The notes under the pieces were generated by a model. The model was not told the DNA's origin, searched no databases, and worked only from the letters and a program-made list of their open reading frames with translations. Both the position numbers and the translations under genes were made by a program. DNA of 62,097 nucleotides, the filler included, from Dugesia japonica (Eukaryota): the NCBI GenBank assembly GCA_001938525.1. It is 5 parts of 5 records of this genome, joined end to end, with 100 filler letters (N's around TTAATTAATTAA, not from the genome) between each part and the next. Parts side by side here need not be neighbours in the genome. Positions count along the whole stretch, not along the records: positions 50,097 to 62,097 come from MQRL01604061.1; 4 more parts are not named here. One strand, given 5' to 3'. Shown here piece after piece: positions 52,476 through 62,097 of the stretch. Positions within the stretch are counted from its first letter, which is position 1; the number at the start of each line of letters is the position of its first letter.

Positions 52476-52973
52476 ATAGTTAAAAAACAAATTTATATAT
52501 AGTCGCAATGTTTCTTTACACTCAATGTTGAGCAATGCAAGTGGTAAATTGCTGGTTGAATGATTTAGAATTAATTGTAAAAAGGTATTACTCTTATAAT
52601 TTATAATATAATAAATATTATTGGTTTCATTTTAGATTATAAGTTTGATTGTACCGGATATTTATATTCATTGATTCAATAGAAATTGATAAATGGCTGG
52701 TCGAATGTTTTAGCATTCATTGTAAAAAGGTAAAATTGTTTACAATTTATAAACAATAAATATAATTGGTTTTATTTTTTAGAATTCAAATTAAACTGTA
52801 CAGATAAAAAAAGGAGAAAAAGAATGCTCAATAAAGGATTTTATTTGAAACTGCTGTTTTAAATTTTTTAATAAACGATATTTACTGAGTATTTTTATTT
52901 TCAAATTTAAATTATAAAATGTTTAAATTATAGAAATAATAATTGAATAATAATTTTGTTTTCAATTTTTTTA

Positions 52974-54657
52974 TCGATTAATTTTAAGTCTTCTCAACAA
53001 CAATTGCTGTTGTAAACAGTTTATTATAGAAACGATATTTTTACCATATTTTCTTACATTAATCAACTTTTCTATAAATGCATGTTTTTTCATTTGAGAG
53101 GAAACTAAAAATATAATTTATCCACTTGATTTAAATCATTTTATTTTATTTACGTTATCAAAAATTTTAACAAATTTTAAACGTAGTGTTAGAAATAATA
53201 GTTTTTAATTTTTATTGAAAATATGAGAAATATGAAAAAATATATTTCAGTAATAATTATTAATAATTAACCTTTAGTAATAATATTAACAAATAATAAT
53301 AATAACAATAATATTAAGAATAATATTATTACTAATGCTCAGGATGAATTATATGGCAATATCCATTTTAAAGTATAAAGTCTCACGGTTAAAACAAATA
53401 ATGTTTTCAGGCTTACTATTCTGTGAAAATTAAACGAAGAATTTATAGGGTTTAGGGTGTAAAAATTCACGCTAAAGGTGTGAAATATATTGTTTATACT
53501 AAGGTGTAAACTTTTACACCTTATATAAAAACATTTTAAAGGTGCTAAAATTGGCGTCAAAGGTGGAAATTTTTCATACCTCGGGTATCAATGTCTATTG
53601 TTTACATTAAGATGTGAAAGTTCAAACCTTGTGATTACGTCATTTCCTATCTAGATAGGATGCTTCTATCTACTTAAGTCCATAAAACTCATATTTTTCA
53701 TATCAAAACCGAATAACAATATTTACGTTATAGTCTAAAGTTTGATTTTACTAACAATGTAACTGATAATTAGGTATTTAAAAGGAAACAAAACCTGTAA
53801 AAACCAAGGTGCACGCGGGAAAACAAAGAAGCAACAAAGATAAAGACAAATAGTGAAGGATTTTATGGAAAGGAATACTTATATTTCACAAAATAAAACT
53901 CATATTTTTCATGTTAAAACATATATTGAACTCGAATTATAATGGACGCAATTCTTTATCCAATAAAATAGACCATGAGTTGTTATTAACATTTGAAACT
54001 CAATACATAAATATAAAGAAAATAAGGTGAAATACAGTAAAATAGACCAAAATATTTTCAATGGGACCAAACATGGCAAAACAGTGTAAACAGAATAAAA
54101 ACTGTTGACTTCACTGCTCATATATAAACAAATTTTGCGTTTTTTACAAAAAACCTAAACCTATGTGAACATGTTAACTTCATCTCATGCGTTATACGGG
54201 ACTGTATGAGTTCTAGTTGCAAAGCTTTCGTCCTGTTATACGCGTTATTTCTCATATTGAAATACAAATGTATCATTTTCGATGAAATAAACCGATATTT
54301 GAGGCAACTTTACCTGCAAAATGATCAAAATTAAGAAAGCTTTATTGAACTGCTAGAGCTCTAGGATATTATTTATCATTGAGATTATGATTAAAAATTT
54401 CCATATTTAAAGTGCTTATTTACTCTAGAAATTTATTGTTTTCTCTCTCTCTCACAGAATTACTATCGATTAATTTTAAGTCATTTCAACAAAAATTGCT
54501 GTTGTAAACAATCTATTATAGAAACGATATTTTTACCATATTTTCTTGCATTAATCAACTTTTCTATAAATGCATGTTTTTTTCATTTGAGAGAAAACTA
54601 AAAATATAATTTATCCACTTGATTTAAATCATTTTATTTAATTTACGTTATCAAAAA
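52974..54657. repeat. About 190-bp direct repeat (52974-53165 and 54465-54657)
   Basis: ATCGATTAATTTTAAGTC...TGCTGTTGTAAACA...GAAACGATATTTTTACCATATTTTC...TTATCCACTTGATTTAAATC...TTTACGTTATCAAAAAT is present twice with a few substitutions. Confidence 0.85.
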
Positions 54658-57059
54658 TATCTCAACTTCATCATAAAATCCTAATTAAATTTAGTAAATA
54701 ATTTTAATATTAAGCAATGATTAATTTAAAATATAATAAAGCAACAAAAATGTAATCTAGCATATTTGAATTAATAATTTATCATTTATTCGGTTTGCAT
54801 ATCACAAAAAAATTTAAGAAATAAATATCAATAAAAAAATGAAAAATATTCAAATAAATTAGAAAATCAATTATAAAATCTGTTTTCATTTCTAAAAATC
54901 TAAAATAATTCAATATTGAAAAAAGAAATACTTTCTGACCTATAAGAATTACATTTTCAATTAATTTAACACTTCCTGAAGAAGAGGATATCAAAACATA
55001 CAATACATCCAAGTTTTAAAGTGAATTTCAATTAGAAAGGATATTCATCATGAAAATTATTATTTTTTCCATGAAATTTATAATTTTTTTTTAAATATTA
55101 AATATTTTATAGTAAACAGGGATAAATATTAATTGTTTAACTGTTTTTAAAAAATAGTCGGAATAATGACTGCAGATTAGTTCGTTCGATTTCCTATCTT
55201 TCAACATGTATAAAACATTTGCTTTTTTATCATACAATTTATTAAACATTAAAATCTACATTAGTTTTTAACCGGAGAAACATCTTTACTTGATTTAATT
55301 GAATCCAGGTTGGGCGATGTAACAAAATGAAGTAACAAAATAGGGTTTTGTTAATGAAGATCAACTAAAAGGATGAGATTTCTGTATGGCTGTATAATAA
55401 ATACACTTTGGTAATCTTATGCTGAAAGCTCCATACAAATAAACAGGTAGAAACTTCTTAATTGGATTAAAAATACGTATAAAACTGGCATTAACAGTAG
55501 ATGGATAGTAGCGCACTGGAACAACCCACCCCCACCCCGAGAGAGAAATTTTTTACTGGTTTCGATTTTTAGCGTATATATTGGTCGCACACACGTTTCT
55601 AGGGTTTTTAATTGGCCGAAATTTTAAGGTCAAGTGGCCCCTATTTTTAAAGTTTTGATTGGTCCAAATCTTTAAGGTCCAGGTCAACTAATTTCAATTT
55701 TAATGAGTCGTCAATGTGTTCTGATGAGTCATCGTTGATTTTTATCAGTGGTTTAAATTTATGAATTTTGAGATTTTTAATTAAATTAAATTATTTAATG
55801 ATTTTAATGTACTTTCACAGAAAATTGATGGTTAAACATATTTTGTTCAAATGTTCAAATTTTGAAGTGAATTTCTCCCAGGCAATATTAAGATTAGATG
55901 CTTCTTAGACAATATTAATAATAATGTATAAAAAACAAATGAAAAGACTAATCAAAACATATAATTTATTGTTGATAAAACAGATAATCACAGTCATTAT
56001 GTACAGTTATTTCCATTTGGATATTAATTGTAAGTTAGATTTTAATTGTACACATTAATTAGTTTAAATAACACAATAAATTACCTGAAAATGTGCTTCT
56101 TTTCATAATAATTAAGTTATATCATTAAACTAAGTAAAAATTAACTTACAATTTGATAATATTATGTAAAGTTTAAATCAGTACAATAAAAATAAGTAAT
56201 TAATACATTAAAAATATTTATAATATTATGTAAAGTTTAAATCATAATAATAAAAATTGTAATGATGGTGAACTTAACAATTTAAATAAAATCATTAATT
56301 TATAATTATTAAAGAAAGTTATTAACCTAAAATTTAGTCTTAATAAATCTAACCTCTATTAATAAATTTCTTTGTCATATTGTCACAAAATTCCTTAGAC
56401 ACATTATTTATTTTTTCAGTCTAAAATATAAATCAATAGCAATAAATTGATAAATTAAACTTAAAATCTTAAAGCTTCTCGTCATGTTTGCTGAAATAAT
56501 ATTCTTTGAATTCATTTTGTTTATTTTTAAAATTAAAAAAATCATTTAAATAAATTAACGAATAAATAGTCACTTACTTTGAAATTGAAATTGAAATGAA
56601 ATGATGAGGAATTATGGATTTTTCAAGGTCATCTATCATTTTATTTATTTAACTCAGTTAAACAAAAATTAATAACTAACTTCTATGTAATAATAATTAA
56701 TTATCAGTCATTTTTAATTTAATGTATCGAAACAAAAATTAATTTATTATTAATTTAAAATTTATTAATTAAAATCTTATGAAATTTAAAAACATAAAAC
56801 CTTTATAAAACTCTATAAAAGTATAAAGACAACTTATAAAATTACATAAGATTCTAAAGAAACCTAATTAACACTTTGATTTATCGTGCATTTTCATTGT
56901 TTTCATTGTATTCATGTTGCACAAATATGATTGATGTTCTTTGTTTTCTTGAATTCGTGTTGCATATTCTTTGTAATAGTTGCATTAGTGTTGCATTTTC
57001 TTTGTTATACTGAGACCAATTGATTGTAATTATAACAATCGAGATACGACTAGTGTGTA

Positions 57060-58660
57060 AAATTGGTATTTTTAATATTACCCCCTTAGCTTTTATGCTG
57101 GTCTTTTCGCTAAGGAGACTGTAACATTTCAGTCTCAGAAAAATCCATTCCTTGTATCTCTTATCCTTGCTTTCGTCTTTGAATTTCCTTACTACTGAAT
57201 TCAGGTTGTTATAAAGCAGATGTTCTGCCTCCTAATTTGAAGTGTTTTACAACTTATCCTGAACCATCAGTTTTAACAATCTTTCCAATCTAATACCTTT
57301 CCCTTCCAGGAAAGAGCTGTCGGTATCTGCTGCCACTATATTTGTGATTCATTTTTCATTTTTTATATTATTCTCAAGTTGGATGTATTGAAGCTAATAA
57401 ATTCTTAACTTACTCAAGTCTAAAACTGTTTGCCCAATATAGCTAGGATGATTGAGAGAAACCTTATCCTTATTCAGGAATACCGCAATTAAATCCTGGT
57501 CTATTTTTAATTGTTTTCCTAAAGCTTGGCTTTAAAGCGTATGTTTTAGCTTTTTTGCTGAATTGCTCAGTCTGAGATTCATCCGTTTCTTTATATTTTC
57601 TACTGTTTTCGATAGAAACTATTGTTTAAAAGTTTATAATAATTCTTATACATGTCTGATGTACTTGTAGATCTTAGCTAAGTAATTTTATCTATATATT
57701 TCTTGAAAATATAATCTTGTGTGAACTTTACAGCTCTATGTAATTTAGCGATCCTAACTTCTAGTGGCATGTACAGTTGTAATAATCAACAATGTACAAC
57801 AATATTCAGTTTGGTATTGTGTTAATAACAGCTTCTTTACCTGACTACCTGGTTGGCTCTGATATTCGGCTTCAACGGGTAAATCGCTTAAATATATCGA
57901 GGTTTTGGTACTTCATGACCGCCTTCATCTTCATCAACTTCAATTGAGTTCGGATTTCATGATAGTACATTTATACACAATCCGGGGTTTTTCTTCAAAT
58001 TTCGGAATATTTGCCTATTTCATGGGCATATCGTTTTCATGAATCCAAGATCTGACATAAAACTATTATATTGTGTTGTACGATTCCCATTTTTTTAATC
58101 TACTTAATACCGTTTTAGAATAACGAAAACATTATATATGAAACATTTATCATCATTGTTTTTGACGTTAACAATTGCTTGTTTCCTTACAAGATTTTCA
58201 GGTGTTGGAATATAACTACGGCCTTATCTACTTATTTTACTAATTTCAATCAATTTAAAGTTTATTTCTAATATCCTACTTAGTGTCCAGCTACTTCTTA
58301 ACTCGTTTTTGACAACAATCGTCTCGTTCAATACCCTAATCCCATCTTCAAAAAACTTATCACTAGGTAACACAGCACTAAATGACAACTTTTTATTTCA
58401 TGATCTCTTATAAACTCCACATGTATTGCAAACTGGTCATTGGAGAATTTTCTGCAGTACTATTCTCTTCTTTTCAAAAAATTGAGACAAGTGATGTAAG
58501 TGTGCCTTATAAAACTCTGTGTATGTACATACCCTTAATGTAGTGCATGATGGACATACATAATATTTTTTGCCGCAATAAATAAGTCTGTAGTAATTTT
58601 CCATCATCTCGTGAAAGTCTTCGTTATTATTTGAACTTCCACAATAGTTTGTATACATTT
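57060..58660 (-). pseudogene. Protein-primed family B DNA polymerase (Polinton), internally deleted
   Basis: N-terminal SSWTLSRI...GRSYIPTPENL..KQAIVNVKNNDDKCF is joined near 57850 to KLLLT...HRAVKFTQ...YKLLNNSFYRKTVENIKKR (motif B), PSYIGQTVLDLSKL, AADTDS (motif C), KFKDE, LRLKCYS and KAKGV. Confidence 0.92.
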
Positions 58661-60589
58661 TGCAAGTTTCTTAAATAAATAAAGTTATTTTTTTTATTGT
58701 TTATAGAGATTTGTAAAACTTTATCTATAAAAGGTCAAGGTCATTTAAAAGATCAAGATCATTAAAAGTTCTTTTAAAGAGTTTGGATCAATTAAAACAC
58801 CATTGAAATTTTAAGGCCATTAGTTAAATTATTAAATCATAGTTATTAATTAAAATCATTAAATAAATCACAATATTTAATATGTCAATAAATTAGTATT
58901 AACCAATAATTATAATGAATAAATAAATCATAATCATTAATTAAATTAATAAATAAATCATAAGTCATTGTTATTAATTTAAATTATTAAATAAAGTTGT
59001 ATGCATTAAAATCAATCAATAAATAAATCATGGATGTTAATTAAAATTTTCAATAAAATAATTTTAAGAGCGATGTTGAATCCGTCAACTGAACATTAAT
59101 TTTAGGATTTAATGCCCTTATTTTAATTAAAATAATAAATAAATAAAATCATGGTTATTAATTAAAATCAATAAAGTTGTATGCATCAAATTAAATCAAT
59201 AAATAAAGCCATAGTAATTAATTTAAATCTATAAATTACTTACAATGTATAAATATATTCATCATACATTTAGTTAATTCAATAAATTTAAAAACATTCA
59301 ATGATTAAATTAACAATATAAATAAAGTCATTAAAATAACAATTGTAATGAAATGAACTTTTTAAAATGAACATTAAAAAAATTATTGATAATATTATGT
59401 TGCGTTTGAAATCATTACAATAAAAATTATAATGATAATTAATTTAACATTGAAAATAAAATCATTACCTTTGAAAATACCATGTAATGTAATTATAATC
59501 ATCATGATTAAATTTCAAATATAAATGAAATAATATACTAAAGCATAAAATTTTTCATAAAATAAAGTCTAAAATTAAATAAATATAAATATTAATAACT
59601 TTTAAATAAATATTAGTAAATTAAACTAAAAAATTAAAGTCATACTTGATTGCATTCCATTAGACATAAATATGTTAGTTGCATAAGTAAATCAATTTTT
59701 CATACAAATTTTATTAACCATGTGGTTTCATCCGTTAGCCATGAAGTATCCATTAGGCATAATATTTTCAGACAATTTTTTAACCTAAATTTAAATTATT
59801 AACTATAAATAAATTAAAAACTAGTACTTGAGTAAATTTTCTCTTCTTATTTGCTTCGTTAATTCTGTTAAAATTAATATTATACATATCTAAAATCAAA
59901 TAAGATGATAAATTAAAAATAAAATAAACACTTACGTTTCCTTTATAATTTAAAAACTTTTAATAAACTAAATTATTGAAATAATTCACTTAAGCAATAA
60001 TAATTAGTAATTGTCAACCATATTTATTTAAAATGGGTAAACAAGAATTAATTTTAAAATCACAATATTTAATAAGTTTTTAAAAAAATGATAATTTCAG
60101 GCTTATAAATTTAAAAACATGAATTTTATGCTGTTTAAGTTTAAACTTTTCAATTTAGGTTTTAATTTAAAAGCCTATTAAACATAGGCTCTTAAATTTA
60201 AAATTAAATAATTTAAAATTTATGAACTTTAAACTTGATAATTATAAACTGATTAATTTTAAACTGTTAAATTTAAGCTGTTAATTTAAAACTTGTACAT
60301 TTTACACTGTTAAACTTTTAACCTATATATTTTAACCTTTATTTCTAAGGTGCACATCAATATTAATATTTCTCGGTGTTATTAATATGTAGGTGAATCA
60401 ATAATATTAAATATTAATATTGCCGGTGCACATAAATATTAAATGTTAATATTGTCGGTGTACATCAATATTACATGTAACATATTAATATTGTTTAGGG
60501 CGATATTAAACAATATATCAACCAAGTAAGTAACAAACATATTTTTAAAATACATTTATTTAATCCTATCAGACATTACAGTGTGGAAA

Positions 60590-60805
60590 TTTCAACTATA
60601 ATAAACAATACTGTTCACGAGTTGTTGTTAACGATTGTTGACATTGAATTCTATTGTACACAATTGGTTTTGATAATCTTGATAGATGGGAGATCAAGAT
60701 TGCTGGATAATAAAACCCAAATGTATTAAATACCAGTATATTTTCTGGTTTATTGTACACAGCTAACCAATGTTCTACACCGAGATTTGAAGGCTGCGTT
60801 CACTA
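60590..60805 (-). pseudogene. Adenain-like cysteine protease (Polinton PRO)
   Basis: QPSNLGVEHWLAVY....LVFNTFG.YYP...IVYNRIQCQ and, after a frameshift, ..EQYCLL match the adenain pattern G.HW.A, FDSFG, N..Q.Q, CGxYC. Confidence 0.75.
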
Positions 60806-61389
60806 AATCTTAGTTAATTAATCTTGTTTTCATTGTGTTTGTACTATTTATTGTTTTTTATAAAATAATAATAAGACAACAGTAATAAAATATATAAGTA
60901 ATAACTAAAAGACATGTTCAAATTAAAATATCTATTAACATAACAAATCTATTCTATCTTTTTAAAAATTTTAACTTTCCATATCGGCGCTACATTTTTT
61001 TCCAATCTTTTATATCATAGTATTTCTGCTGAAGTCATTGATTTTTTCAAATTTTCATAGGGTCTCACTTCCTTTAAGCTGATGAATGATGTTTCCGATA
61101 TTTCTATTAATTGGTTGGTTCTCAAAAACAATTCATTCAGTGTTGATTGATCATCTAAGCTTATTTCAGTAATGAGCATACTATATGTACATTTCTGAAC
61201 TTTAACAGGTTTCTAAATCAAAATATTAATAAAGTATTCGAAAATAATATTACCTGATAGTATAAATTATAGACTTCTTAAAAAAGTTCATTTCATATTT
61301 GTAGTAATTCTGTGGCTTACCACATTTGATCTTGCAAGATGACGAATTATCTTTTGTAAGAGTGATGAATTTCTTAAATAATGAAAATA

Positions 61390-62097
61390 TTAACACTAAA
61401 CCTACCGACATTTCATGTATACCTAATCCTACCATGAGCGTTTAAATGATCGCTTCAAAAAAACATATGTAAAGATGAAAATAAACGAAATATTTTTCTG
61501 ATGATACAAAAAAAACTCGTTCCCCACTTTTCAATGTTATAAGTTTTATTTACTNTTATGCATTTTCATTACATTTTTTACAAATTACAGCATTTTGTAA
61601 TGCACATTTTCCACATACGTATGTTTTACATTTCATACAAATTTTGTTTGTTTTATTGACTTTACAATATCTAATTTGAGAAGATCTCCGTTCAGAAGAA
61701 GCAGTATTTGTATTTATTATTGTTTTTGATGAGCATTCTTTGCTTATCTGTTTCTCCTTCTGATATTTGGTCCCAAGTTCTTCTGTCAATTGAAATAAAA
61801 ATTCTTGCCTCGATATTTCCTCACCCGTTGTTTCTTTATATAAAATCCAAGCATTTATCCCGGCTAAGTCTAAGATATTGAAAAATATCTGTAAAGGCCA
61901 TCTTTGACATTTAGATTTTACACTATATTTTCTGGCCATTTGATNGGTTACATCTACACCGAATTTTGTGCTATTGTAAAATCTAATTGTCTCTGGTATA
62001 CGGGTATCATTTTTTTCAATTTTAACGGATGAATGCATTGAACTAAGTATCAATACTTTTTTATTGGATTTAGCTTTATAAATTGTAAGAATAAAAT
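61390..62097 (-). mobile_element. piggyBac transposon 3' end with transposase C-terminus (CDS 61556 to beyond the window end)
   Basis: ILSSMH...PETIRFYNSTKFGVDVTxQMARKYS...RWPLQIFFNILDLAGINAWILY with a C-terminal Cys-rich domain (CMKC...CGKC...CKKC). TTAA|CACTAAACCTACC terminus at 61390-61406. Confidence 0.93.

Larger units (their letters stand above)
55496..61389. mobile_element. Degenerate Polinton/Maverick element (left terminus, pPolB, adenain); right boundary unknown
   Basis: Terminus AGTAGATGGATAGTAGCGCACTGGAACA at 55496, followed by PolB and protease remnants on the minus strand and AT-rich internal repeats. Confidence 0.75.

Overview
Very AT-rich eukaryotic (animal) draft sequence. 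It is not one continuous locus: four identical 100-nt spacers (44 N + TTAATTAATTAA + 44 N) join five separate scaffolds (1-15386, 15487-25314, 25415-41354, 41455-49996, 50097-62097). Most of the window is decayed mobile DNA. It holds Polinton/Maverick (adintovirus-like) remnants (three protein-primed PolB fragments, an adenain-like protease and about nine AGTAG-type termini), a near-complete Ty3/Gypsy pol, a NeSL-like non-LTR element with two tandem Ulp1 protease domains, and piggyBac, hAT, maT/DD37D, DD39D-like, DD37E-like, IS630-like and pogo pieces. Host genes appear only as fragments: an intron-containing Rab1 pseudogene, the POLE2 C-terminus, a CTR9 fragment and a TMEM196-like last exon. 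The best candidate for a new system is scaffold 4. There, the Gypsy pol is preceded by a chuvirus/gB-type (class III) glycoprotein fragment and followed by a Cys-rich ORF, a second type-I membrane glycoprotein (about 476 codons; signal peptide, Thr-rich stalk, TM, PPxY tail) and a coiled-coil ORF. This could be an enveloped retroelement with two glycoproteins. The 44-53 nt introns, AT richness and transposon mix would fit a planarian (triclad) host, but that is inference. All protein calls come from manual translation and recalled motifs; no database searches were run.
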